A stretch of DNA of 64,000 nucleotides from Nitrospirota bacterium (GTDB taxonomy: Bacteria > JACPQY01), in contig JACPAV010000033.1 in assembly GCA_016180645.1 (NCBI GenBank), positions 1 through 64,000 on the forward strand, written 5' to 3'. The notes below the pieces were generated by a model. The model was not told the origin of the DNA. It did not search any database and saw nothing but the letters and a program-made list of their open reading frames with translations. The translations under genes were made by a program, and so were the position numbers. This document shows positions 46,922-55,887 of this stretch, piece after piece (the first letter of the stretch is position 1; every line of letters begins with the position of its first letter).

Positions 46922-47875
46922 TCAGGGGATCGGCTCCAGGGCGTGGAGAGTGACGTACAGGGCTTCCAGTTCCATGTCCTCCAGTTGCCCCATCGCGCGC
47001 CAGGGCATGGTGTCTTTCATCACTTGGCCATCGGGCGTGACGCCGGTCCGCATGGCCTTGAAAAAATCCTCTTTGGACCAGCGGGGCATGATGAGCGTCA
47101 GATTCGGCGCCGGAGGATTCGGAGGAGGAGCGCGGCCATCCAATTTCGGTCCGTGACACCCATCGCAACTGACGAAATCCAACACGTATTTTCCGTACTC
47201 TGGCGTCACGGCCCTCGGAGGCGCGGCCCGTTCCACGGCCGGCGCGGGGTCGATGGGCATGAGCCCGGCGCCGATGAAGAGCGCAAGGAGGAGCGTGGGG
47301 CGGTAGGCTGGGGTCTCATTCTGGACGCTCTGGGCCGACCTCAGATAAGCGACTAGGCATTCGGTGTCCTCGTCGCTCAACAGTCGCGAACCGAGCATCG
47401 ACATCACCGTGCTGCGGCCTTCGCGATTCACGCCTGTGCGAATCACCCGAAAAAGCTCGGCGTCGGTCCAGTCCTGAATCGTGCCACCGGGAGTGACGTT
47501 GGGTGGGTAGACGTCGCCCAGCGGAAGTCCGGCGTCATCCGACAGGCTCCGGCCGCCGCTCAAGGGAAGGCCGCCGTTGGTCGCATGGCATGCCGCGCAG
47601 AGGGAGGCGGCGATCATCTGCCCGCGAGCGACCCGCCCGGGTGTAATTTCAATCGGTCGGATCGCGGGGAGCGGGCTGTGGCGGGCGTAGAGCTTATAAG
47701 TGCCTCTGGCGCCCACGACGACCAGGCAACCCATGAGCAGGGTGAAAATCCCCGCGAGGGCGACTCCCGGCCATTTGAGCCAAGCTCGATGCGCGAGCCA
47801 AGCCCGACGCGCCAGCCAACCGAAAAGGACGGCGAGAGCCGCGACGATGATCAGTGAAATAATCAGTGTTGCCAT
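46922..47875 (-). CDS. Membrane-anchored diheme cytochrome c
   Basis: Two N-terminal TMs, CAACH and CDGCH. Confidence 0.88.
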   Translation of the reverse strand: MATLIISLIIVAALAVLFGWLARRAWLAHRAWLKWPGVALAGIFTLLMGCLVVVGARGTYKLYARHSPLPAIRPIEITPGRVARGQMIAASLCAACHATNGGLPLSGGRSLSDDAGLPLGDVYPPNVTPGGTIQDWTDAELFRVIRTGVNREGRSTVMSMLGSRLLSDEDTECLVAYLRSAQSVQNETPAYRPTLLLALFIGAGLMPIDPAPAVERAAPPRAVTPEYGKYVLDFVSCDGCHGPKLDGRAPPPNPPAPNLTLIMPRWSKEDFFKAMRTGVTPDGQVMKDTMPWRAMGQLEDMELEALYVTLHALEPIP

Positions 47876-47927
47876 GGGCAAAATATACTGAGGGGACGCA
47901 CAGTCTGCTTGACCGTTTTGATGGTCG

Positions 47928-48869
47928 CTACTCGGCGGGGAGGGGTTCCGGGGAGAGACGGCCTTTCACCACGGGAATATGTAGTTCGGCCGAGAAGGGT
48001 AGGCGGGCTTGCCTTTCGGCGGCCTCCGGATAGAGCCAAGGCTCGGGAGGTGTTTCGTACACATCAAAGAACCGGTCGTCGCGCCACGCATAGGGTCCAG
48101 GCATCATCCATCCGATGGCAAAGCGGTGCCAGAAATCCTCCAACTCCTCCACCCTCCCAAAGAAGCTCACTACCGCATCCGTTCCGCCCGGCAGGTCCTG
48201 AACGGCCACTTGGTCATTGCCTTCAAATTCCGGCTCTACGGTGATGCCGGCATCGTAGCGGACGCGAGCCGAATCCGTGAGAACGGAGGGGTTTTCATAG
48301 TGCAGGGAGACCATCCTTCCCGCCGCCTTCGCCCAGCCTTGATCGCGGGCCAGGCGAAGCAACCGCGGCCAGATCGTTCCGGCCCCCAGAGTCGGGCCGA
48401 CGAATCGAATGAAGGCCACCCGCCATGAAGGACGCTCGACGAGCCGAACAGGAAGGTTGACCGCCCGTCTTTGAAAGTCTTCGGCAGCGCCTCGCCGGCA
48501 CTCCCGGTAGGCTTGCGGCGATTTCCCGTAGGTTCGGTGGAAGGCTCGCGTGAAACCCTCATGACTGTCGAAGCCGCAAGACAGGGCGATGTCCAGCACC
48601 GGATCGCGGGTGAACGTCAGAAACATCGCCGCCCGTTCGAGACGCAACCTCCGAATGTAGCGCGCGAGGGGCTCCCCGAGGGCTCGGCGCAATCGGGCGC
48701 GGAAGTGAACGACCGATAGCTCGGCGACTTCAGCCAGGTCGGCAGTTTCGATTTCTTCATGGATGTGTCTTTCGATGTGGACAAGCGTGCGGGTGAGTGT
48801 GGAATCGGCCAGTACGATGTCTCGCTTCCCGGCGCGTCGGTTTCTCCGAAACTTGATCCCTCCGGCCAC
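47928..48869 (-). CDS. AraC-family regulator with GyrI-like domain
   Basis: YIRRLRLERAA, DIALSCGFDSHEGFTRAF, RYDAG. Confidence 0.9.
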   Translation of the reverse strand: MAGGIKFRRNRRAGKRDIVLADSTLTRTLVHIERHIHEEIETADLAEVAELSVVHFRARLRRALGEPLARYIRRLRLERAAMFLTFTRDPVLDIALSCGFDSHEGFTRAFHRTYGKSPQAYRECRRGAAEDFQRRAVNLPVRLVERPSWRVAFIRFVGPTLGAGTIWPRLLRLARDQGWAKAAGRMVSLHYENPSVLTDSARVRYDAGITVEPEFEGNDQVAVQDLPGGTDAVVSFFGRVEELEDFWHRFAIGWMMPGPYAWRDDRFFDVYETPPEPWLYPEAAERQARLPFSAELHIPVVKGRLSPEPLPAE

Positions 48870-48916
48870 CCTGGGAGCTTAGCCGAACGGCCCTGCGATT
48901 CAACGTCGGACGAGGA

Positions 48917-49444
48917 TCATCTTGTGGTGTGTCGCACTCGCCTCGGTATCGCGGGCTTCCTGCCCGCCGAAATCGTCGCGAGTACGGCCGGCATCACGCC
49001 GGACCGCATCGCCTCGTACAGCACGATGCCGGCGGCGGTGGAGAGGTTGAGAGATCGTGCGGAAGGCCGAATGGGGATCCGATAGAAACGGTTGCGGAAT
49101 TGCCGGTGGAGCGCGGACGGCAGCCCTTTTGATTCGCTTCCGAAAATCAGGAAGCTGTCGCGCTCGTACGGGGCGTTCCAAAATAGGGGCTTCGCTTTGG
49201 CGGAGAAGAACAGGAGCGAAGCATCGGTGGGCAGGGCACGGAGAAAGGCGTCGAAGTCTTTGTGATGCTGCCATCTGAGATTCGGCCAGTAGTCGAGCCC
49301 CGCGCGGCGGATTTCCTTCGATTCAATCCTGAAACCCAGCTTGCCGACAAGATGGAGCGTTGCGCCAACGGCAACGCACGTCCGCCCGATGTTTCCCGTG
49401 TTCCAGGGAATCTCGGGGTTGAGGAGAACGACGTTTAGGGGCAC
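48917..49444 (-). CDS. trmL: tRNA (cytidine/uridine-34 2'-O)-methyltransferase
   Basis: PEIPWNTGNIGRTC, RRAGLDYW, FGSESKGL, RSLNLS. Confidence 0.92.
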   Translation of the reverse strand: MPLNVVLLNPEIPWNTGNIGRTCVAVGATLHLVGKLGFRIESKEIRRAGLDYWPNLRWQHHKDFDAFLRALPTDASLLFFSAKAKPLFWNAPYERDSFLIFGSESKGLPSALHRQFRNRFYRIPIRPSARSLNLSTAAGIVLYEAMRSGVMPAVLATISAGRKPAIPRRVRHTTR

Positions 49445-49461
49445 GGCCGTTGAGAAATTCC

Positions 49462-49484
49462 CGCAGGCTAAAGCCTGCGCCTAC
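49462..49484. repeat. Solo REP hairpin
   Basis: CGCAGGCTAAAGCCTGCGCCTAC. Confidence 0.75.
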
Positions 49485-49503
49485 CCATGACCTGCTTGGA
49501 GAC

Positions 49504-51225
49504 CTATCGGTCGATCTCGCCCAAGACGATGTCGAGCGAGCCGATGCAGGTGATCACGTCCGAGAGCAACCGGCCCTCCACCATCTTGGGAAGAATTTGG
49601 AGATTGATATAGGAAGGAGAACGAATGCGGAGCCTGTAGGGAATGGCGCCGCCACTCCCGATGATCCCGAAACCGAGCTCACCCTTCGGATTCTCGATGC
49701 CGTGGTAGACCTCGATGCCCTCGGGACCGTGGTAGCCCTCCGAGGCGATCTTGAAATGGTGGATGAGCGCTTCCATTTCGGCGTACACACGGTCCCGCTT
49801 GGGAAGCGTCACGTTCGGGATGTCCGCCATGTACTCGCCTTGCGGTAGTTTCTCCAGACACTGACGGACGATCTGGAGGCTCTGTCGCATCTCCTCGACG
49901 CGGACGAGATAGCGCGAAAAGGCGTCCCCCTCGTAGGCGATCGGGACTTCGAAATCGAGATCGTTGTAGACCAGGTACGGTTTGGCTCGCCGCAGGTCGT
50001 ACGGAACCCCAGAGCCTCGGAGGTTCGGCCCGGTCAGGCTGTAGGCCACGGCTTCCTCCTTGGAGATCACGCCCACATCGCGGGCGCGCTCCAGGAAGAC
50101 TTTGTTTCCGGTGACCAGCCGGTCCAGCTCGTCGATCTTCGCAGGAAACTCGGCCAAGAATTTCCGGATCAAGGCCTCGGCTTCGGGCGTGAGGTCGCGC
50201 TCCACGCCGCCCGCCCTCGTGTAACTTGTGGTCATGCGGGTGCCGGTGATCTTCTCGAAAATGGTGTACAGCTCTTCACGATCGCGAAACGTCAGGAAGA
50301 AGACCGAAAGAGCTCCGAGATCGAGCAGGTGGGTTCCGATGCCGAGCAGATGGGCCGAAATCCGCGCGAGCTCGCAGCAGATTGTCCGGATGTACTGGGC
50401 CCGCGGCGGAGCCTCGACGCCCAGCAGTTTCTCCACGGCGAGGATGTACGCCACGTTGTTGGATAGAGGCGCCAGATAGTCAAGCCGGTCGGTGTAGGTG
50501 ACGAACTGGGTGTGTGTTCGGTTTTCGGCCAACTTTTCGAATCCTCGATGGAGGTAGCCCAGATCCGGAATGCACCGGAGCACGCGCTCGCCATCGAGTT
50601 CGAGAATGAGTCGAAGCACGCCGTGAGTCGCCGGATGGGAGGGCCCCATGTTCAGGATCATGATGTTGTCGCCTTCCCTCGGCTCGATCTGCCGAAGGCC
50701 GGGAAGCGGCACTTTGATGGATTCGTCTTTGGGCGGCAGTTTCTCCACGAGACCCTGCCCGTTGCTCTTGGACACTTTGTCCTGAATTTTCTGGATGGCG
50801 TAGATGAGGCCTTCCGGTCGGGGAGGGCACCCCGGAACGTAGATGTCCACCGGGACGACTTTGTCGAGTCCCTGCACCACCGGATAGCTGTCGAACATCC
50901 CGCCCGTGCAGAGGCAGGTGCCCATGGCCACCACCCACTTCGGCTCGGGCATTTGTTCGTAGAGTTGGCGGACGGCGTTGGCCATCTTGTAGGTGAGAGT
51001 GCCGGCCACGATCATGAGGTCCGATTGGCGGGGGGAGAAGCGCAGGACTTCGGCGCCAAAACGCGAGACGTCAAATTTGGGCGCGAGCATGCCCATCATT
51101 TCGATGGCGCAGCAGGAAATGCCGATAGGGAGCGGCCAGAGGGAGTTCTTTCGGCCCCAGTTCCGCACTTCATCCAATCGAGTGAGGATGACTTCCGAGG
51201 GCTGGCCGGTCATTACTTCAGGCAT
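49504..51225 (-). CDS. Fused complex I NuoB + NuoD subunits (no NuoC)
   Basis: [20 protein letters not shown] then [37 protein letters not shown]. Confidence 0.9.
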   Translation of the reverse strand: MPEVMTGQPSEVILTRLDEVRNWGRKNSLWPLPIGISCCAIEMMGMLAPKFDVSRFGAEVLRFSPRQSDLMIVAGTLTYKMANAVRQLYEQMPEPKWVVAMGTCLCTGGMFDSYPVVQGLDKVVPVDIYVPGCPPRPEGLIYAIQKIQDKVSKSNGQGLVEKLPPKDESIKVPLPGLRQIEPREGDNIMILNMGPSHPATHGVLRLILELDGERVLRCIPDLGYLHRGFEKLAENRTHTQFVTYTDRLDYLAPLSNNVAYILAVEKLLGVEAPPRAQYIRTICCELARISAHLLGIGTHLLDLGALSVFFLTFRDREELYTIFEKITGTRMTTSYTRAGGVERDLTPEAEALIRKFLAEFPAKIDELDRLVTGNKVFLERARDVGVISKEEAVAYSLTGPNLRGSGVPYDLRRAKPYLVYNDLDFEVPIAYEGDAFSRYLVRVEEMRQSLQIVRQCLEKLPQGEYMADIPNVTLPKRDRVYAEMEALIHHFKIASEGYHGPEGIEVYHGIENPKGELGFGIIGSGGAIPYRLRIRSPSYINLQILPKMVEGRLLSDVITCIGSLDIVLGEIDR

Positions 51226-51463
51226 GATTCTCCGCTCTGGGTTCGAGATTCACCACGCGGGTGACCTCCGGGATGTTTTCCTTGATGCTCTTCTCGATGG
51301 CGTATTGCAGCGTCATCCCGATGCTGGGGCACACCGTACACGCGCCTTGAAGCCGTATTTTCACTACACCGCCTTCTTCCACGGCAACGAGTTCGACATC
51401 GCCGCCGTCCATCTGCAGCGCCGGTCGGATCTTTTCGATCGCTGCCTGCACTTTGTCGAGCAT
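51218..51463 (-). CDS. NifU C-terminal/Nfu-type Fe-S carrier
   Basis: [34 protein letters not shown]; overlaps the nuoB-D start. Confidence 0.88.
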   Translation of the reverse strand: MLDKVQAAIEKIRPALQMDGGDVELVAVEEGGVVKIRLQGACTVCPSIGMTLQYAIEKSIKENIPEVTRVVNLEPRAENHA

Positions 51464-51752
51464 GGGGCCTCCTTCTCCCGCGGATGATGGGCACTTGCCG
51501 TTCCAGCGCCGCCCGTCCCTGGGACGGCTCTCCGTGGCGGCAAGTACCGCACCGTCCATGGCTGGAATCAGGACGACGGGACTCAGGCCCCCGGCAGAGG
51601 TTAGTCCCAAGCTCAAACCTCACTCGCCGTTGAAATGCCTCACTATCCTGCTCGGCTTGGTGCGGCGAGTACCGCACCATCCATGGCTGGCACCCCTTGA
51701 CGGCGGAATAAGGGCCTAACTTGATGCTATCAACTGGGTCGCCCATGTCAAC

Positions 51753-52508
51753 CTACGGTCGGAGTGCGGATTTCAGGAAACCCGGTCGGTTGGAGATGAT
51801 CCCTTTGCATCCGGCACGGAGTAGGGCCAGAGCTCGGTCGGGATCGTCTACCGTGTAGGGCATCAAGAAATAGCTCGTGTCCGGCGCGGGCACCTTCTCG
51901 AAATTTTCATGGTAGGGGAGAACGATGTTGGCTCCGAGTGTTCGCGCCTTGGCGAAGGACCAATCCCAGTGATCATCCCCGGTGAGGACTCCGATCTCGC
52001 CGACCCAGCCCTTCGATCTTGCCAGGTCCAGAAACTTCGGTGAGAAGCAACTCAGGTAGAGGCGGAGGCGGGGCGCGTACGGCCGGACCGTCCGGAGGGT
52101 GGTTTCAACGAGGGGCTCGGGCTCCGGGGTTTCGGATTTCATCTCAACGTCGACCACGGCACCGTCCGGCAGGATCGCGAGAACTTCGTCCAAAGTGGGG
52201 ATCTTCTCTCCGGCGAAGGAGCGGTTGAAGCGGGATCCGGCGTCCAACGCCCGCAATTCCGCGAAGGTCATCGCGGTGAGCTTGCCCTCGCCGTTGGTGG
52301 TCCGCGATAGAAGTTCGTCGTGAAATACCATGAGGGCGCCATCGCGGCTGAGTTGGACGTCCAGCTCCACGCCGTCGGCGCCGAGATCCATCGCGCGGCG
52401 GAAAGAGGGGATAGTGTTTTCCGGCGCTTCGAGCGGCGCGCCGCGGTGGCCGAGGATCAGGGGAAGTTCGCCCGGAGCGAGCCGGCGGATGAAAGATTCG
52501 GCGGGAAT
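51753..52508 (-). CDS. Glycerophosphodiester phosphodiesterase (start non-canonical or uncertain)
   Basis: In-frame ILGHRGA..PENT lies upstream of ATG 52391; ELDVQLSRDG, HD..L.RTT, IISNRP. Confidence 0.85.
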   Translation of the reverse strand: MPAESFIRRLAPGELPLILGHRGAPLEAPENTIPSFRRAMDLGADGVELDVQLSRDGALMVFHDELLSRTTNGEGKLTAMTFAELRALDAGSRFNRSFAGEKIPTLDEVLAILPDGAVVDVEMKSETPEPEPLVETTLRTVRPYAPRLRLYLSCFSPKFLDLARSKGWVGEIGVLTGDDHWDWSFAKARTLGANIVLPYHENFEKVPAPDTSYFLMPYTVDDPDRALALLRAGCKGIISNRPGFLKSALRP

Positions 52509-52510
52509 CG

Positions 52511-53380
52511 CTAACCGGCCTTTTCGAGAATTTGAAGAGCGGCCTTGGCGCTCGACAGCGTCATGAGGTGAACGCCCGGGCTGTCCTTTTTGAAGGCCCG
52601 GAAAAGTTCGGCCGCGAGCTTGACGCCCTCCTTCCTGGGATTGGGCGACTTCTCAAGGCGATCGATCGTGTCCTGGGGGAGCTCGACGCCGGGGACCATC
52701 TGTGCCGCGCGCCGCGCACCCTCCGCGGATTTCAGGTACAGAATGCCGGGGAGGATAGCCGCATGATTGAGGTACGCCGCCTGCCGCCTGAAACTCTCGT
52801 ATTGGGCCAGGCTGAAGATCGGCTGCGTCTGGATGAATTTCGCACCGGCGGCCAGCTTGCGTTCGAGTTTCTTGATGTGGGGCTCGATATTGCCGACCGA
52901 AATATTGAGCGCGGCCCCGGCGAAGAAGCCGGTCGCGCCGCGGAGCTCGTGGCCGGAGAGATCCTTCCCGGAATTGAGCGTCTCAATGGTCTTCAAGAGG
53001 CGGATCGAATTCATCTCGAACACGCCTTTCGCTTCCTTCTGGTCGCCGAACACGACGCCATCGCCCGTGAGGGCCAGAACGGTCTTGATCCCATGCGCCC
53101 AGAGACCCAGGAGGTCGGCTTGGAGGGCGATCCGGTTGCGGTCGCGGCAGGTCAGTTGACAGATCGGTTCCACCCCTCCGCGCAGCACTTCCAGGGCCGC
53201 CGCCCAAGAGCTCATCCGCATGACGGCGAGTTGACAGTCTGTCAAGTTCACGGCGTGGACGTGCCCGCGGACCATCTCGACCCTTTGGCGGAGGACGGAG
53301 AGGTCCGCCCCTTTCGGGGGGGCGAACTCCGCGGTAACCACGAATTCGCCGGATTTCAGGGCTTCCTGGAAGGGCAACAT
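52511..53380 (-). CDS. metF: Methylenetetrahydrofolate reductase
   Basis: TAEFAPPKG, QLTCRDRNRIALQ, LALTGD, AGAKFIQTQ. Confidence 0.9.
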   Translation of the reverse strand: MLPFQEALKSGEFVVTAEFAPPKGADLSVLRQRVEMVRGHVHAVNLTDCQLAVMRMSSWAAALEVLRGGVEPICQLTCRDRNRIALQADLLGLWAHGIKTVLALTGDGVVFGDQKEAKGVFEMNSIRLLKTIETLNSGKDLSGHELRGATGFFAGAALNISVGNIEPHIKKLERKLAAGAKFIQTQPIFSLAQYESFRRQAAYLNHAAILPGILYLKSAEGARRAAQMVPGVELPQDTIDRLEKSPNPRKEGVKLAAELFRAFKKDSPGVHLMTLSSAKAALQILEKAG

Positions 53381-53436
53381 GCCGAAATGACTTTTCCTCC
53401 TGCGTCCGATCCTATATAATAGTACGACTGCTTTCA

Positions 53437-53895
53437 ATGATTGAACTTACGGGAGAATCCAAGAAAACGGTTGAGATCGATGCGGACCCGGAGGACGTTT
53501 TCGCCCTCCTCACGAACTACCCGAAATCCGCCAAACACCTGCCAGGGGTGCGGAAATTTTCGAAGGTCAAACCCGATGTCTATCGATGGGAGTTCGAACC
53601 GAAGGGTCCCGGCAAGTACGCCATTGAGGTGGCGTACGAGACGAAGTTTTCAACGGTCAAGAACAAGGAGGTACGCTGGCAGAGCATCCCGGGCTCCGGG
53701 AATGCCGAGGTTGAGGGGTCGTTCACCCTCGAACCCAAGGGGAAAGGAACACTGCTGACGCTGGAGCTCAACGTCGAATCCCAGTTGGACATCACGCGCC
53801 TGCTGAAGCTGGTCGCCCAGAAGATGGCGCGGGCCGAGCTGGAGAAGACGGTGTCCTCCTACCTGAGCAACCTCAAGGACGCTCTTGAAGCCTGA
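53437..53895 (+). CDS. SRPBCC/CoxG-like protein
   Basis: IDADPEDVFALL..LPGV; helix-grip pattern. Confidence 0.75.
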   Translation: MIELTGESKKTVEIDADPEDVFALLTNYPKSAKHLPGVRKFSKVKPDVYRWEFEPKGPGKYAIEVAYETKFSTVKNKEVRWQSIPGSGNAEVEGSFTLEPKGKGTLLTLELNVESQLDITRLLKLVAQKMARAELEKTVSSYLSNLKDALEA

Positions 53896-53997
53896 GTCCT
53901 CCACCCATCCCGGAACAGAGGTCCCCCGGCTGAATCGCATGCGGCGCGGAATTCGCGCGGGCGGCGAATCTATCGGCCGCCGCCTTGAGCAGGCCCG

Positions 53998-54807
53998 GTG
54001 GGTTGGAGGTGGACCCTTGTGGCCGGATTGCCTTCGATCCTGAAGAGGCCCCGGGCCTTTCTCCTCGGGCTTGTGCCGCTCGTCGCGGTCGTATCCCTCG
54101 CGCAAGCAGATTCGCCTTTGAAATATCAACTTCTCGGATACCCGGCGGAGGAGGCCGTCCTCCTGGCCAACCACTCGGACCTCTACTACTTGGACCGCTA
54201 TTTTGAGCTGAATCGGAACCGGCCCACGATGCTCCTTCGAGGGTTGGGGCATCCGCGTTTTGCGCCTTCGCTTCAGATCTACGGCATGCTTCTTCAGGTC
54301 CGCGGTGATGACGATGCGCAGAAGATCGTATCCGCGATCCTCAACTACATTTCGACGCTCCCGCAGCCGGGAAAGACCTACGCTTCGATCCGGACCTATT
54401 CGGAGCGGGTGGATCAGTTCGGGGAAGACATCCGCGACTGCAACCGGGCGCACGGACTTCCGGTCACGCTCATCAAGGCGATTATCATCCAGGAGTCCAC
54501 CGGGAATCCGATCGACGTTTCACGCGCGGGCGCCATGGGGCTGATGCAGCTCATGCCGGAGACGGCCCGCAAGATGGGGGTGCGGAATCCCTTCAATCCC
54601 AGGGAGAACATCTGCGGCGGCATCCGGTATTTCAAGGAAATGCTGGACCGGTTCAATTGGGATGTCACGCTGGCCCTCGCCGCGTACAACGCGGGCCCGG
54701 AAAAGGTGGTGGCCTACAACGGAGTTCCGCCGTATCGTGAGACGCAGGGATACGTGCGCTCGGTGAAGTGGATCAAGAACTATCTGGATGCGTATGCGAG
54801 GAACTAG
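53998..54807 (+). CDS. Lytic transglycosylase (SLT domain)
   Basis: IIQES, GAMGLMQLMPET, LALAAYNAG, PPYRETQGYV. Confidence 0.9.
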   Translation: MGWRWTLVAGLPSILKRPRAFLLGLVPLVAVVSLAQADSPLKYQLLGYPAEEAVLLANHSDLYYLDRYFELNRNRPTMLLRGLGHPRFAPSLQIYGMLLQVRGDDDAQKIVSAILNYISTLPQPGKTYASIRTYSERVDQFGEDIRDCNRAHGLPVTLIKAIIIQESTGNPIDVSRAGAMGLMQLMPETARKMGVRNPFNPRENICGGIRYFKEMLDRFNWDVTLALAAYNAGPEKVVAYNGVPPYRETQGYVRSVKWIKNYLDAYARN

Positions 54808-54808
54808 A

Positions 54809-55870
54809 ATGGCGATCAGCTTTCAGCGGTCAGCGGTCAGCTTTGGGGTCGGACTGGTGGCGCTGCTGCTTCTTGGGGGCGTCGAAGCCAACGCTCAACT
54901 GTTGGATCCGCCGGAGGGGAAGGTCCACTGGAGGCAGGAAGCGGCAAGCGGACCGCCGCTCTCCGATGTAACACAGATCATCGCGGCAGAGGATTTGGCC
55001 GAGCCGAAATGGGCGCCGGGCATGCGGTACATCGGAGTGACGCGGAAGAACCGCCGGGGCCTGTGGGTGATCCGGCTGACCGACGGCAAAGTTCTCCGGA
55101 TTTCGCCGGCGTACGGATCGGGTCGGGACTACGCCTTTTCCTTTGACGGCACGAAAATCATCTTCAACATCCGCGAGCCCAAGGACATGGCCGCCCTACA
55201 CGATGGACCGCCGCATTGGACGTTCATGATCGTGGATCTGGACAAGGAGAGGATCGACTACCGCGGACCGGTGGAAAAGGGCTTCCTTCATCTCTCCTGG
55301 TTTCGTCCCACCGAGTTCCAGACCGTGGTGAGGTACGATCGCACGCTCGAGGTACGCCACTACATGTCATCCGATCGCGTTCCGGCCTTCGAAAAAGGGC
55401 GAATGCAGCGGTGGGGTGTGGTGGGTGTGACGGAGGCCGCGGGCACGCTTTGGAAAATGCGGGCCGACCACACGCGGCGCGGATACCGATTCGAACTTCC
55501 TCCCGATCTCTTGAATCCCAATCTTTCCCACAACCAGCGCGTCATCGCGGCTCAGAGCGATGAAGGTCGCGCCTACCTGATCGGTACGGCCACAGACTTC
55601 GTGGTGGATTTGGGCGAAGGGCAAAACGTCCGTTGGGGATGGTGGTATGACAAGGCCGTTTTCGAGCGGGTGCAGAAGGCCGGGGATGAGGTGGTTTCCT
55701 CGGAAATCATCCTGGCGGATCTGAAAAAATTGAAATCGTACAATCTGACCCAGACGCCGGGAGTCATCGAGCGATATCCGGATCTATCGTTGAATCAGAA
55801 GTGGGTGACCTACGTGTCGCCGGAAGGCCTGTTTGTGGGCCGTGTTCCCCCTCTGGAGGGAAAGAAATAG
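54809..55870 (+). CDS. Secreted TolB-like beta-propeller protein
   Basis: Signal peptide; FSFDGTKII, NLTQTPGVIERYPDLS. Confidence 0.65.
   Translation: MAISFQRSAVSFGVGLVALLLLGGVEANAQLLDPPEGKVHWRQEAASGPPLSDVTQIIAAEDLAEPKWAPGMRYIGVTRKNRRGLWVIRLTDGKVLRISPAYGSGRDYAFSFDGTKIIFNIREPKDMAALHDGPPHWTFMIVDLDKERIDYRGPVEKGFLHLSWFRPTEFQTVVRYDRTLEVRHYMSSDRVPAFEKGRMQRWGVVGVTEAAGTLWKMRADHTRRGYRFELPPDLLNPNLSHNQRVIAAQSDEGRAYLIGTATDFVVDLGEGQNVRWGWWYDKAVFERVQKAGDEVVSSEIILADLKKLKSYNLTQTPGVIERYPDLSLNQKWVTYVSPEGLFVGRVPPLEGKK
54814..54841. repeat. Heptamer array x4 inside a signal-peptide coding region
   Basis: GATCAGC TTTCAGC GGTCAGC GGTCAGC. Confidence 0.75.
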
Positions 55871-55887
55871 AAGACCGGCAGAACGCA

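Noticed and set aside
49504-51225. Group 4 NiFe hydrogenase small+large fusion
   Set aside because: Large-subunit part lacks both CxxC Ni-binding motifs and ends in the NuoD-type GEIDR
51585-51717. 6S RNA, RNase P, SRP or tmRNA assignment
   Set aside because: Signature motifs not found by eye; kept only as an unassigned structured region
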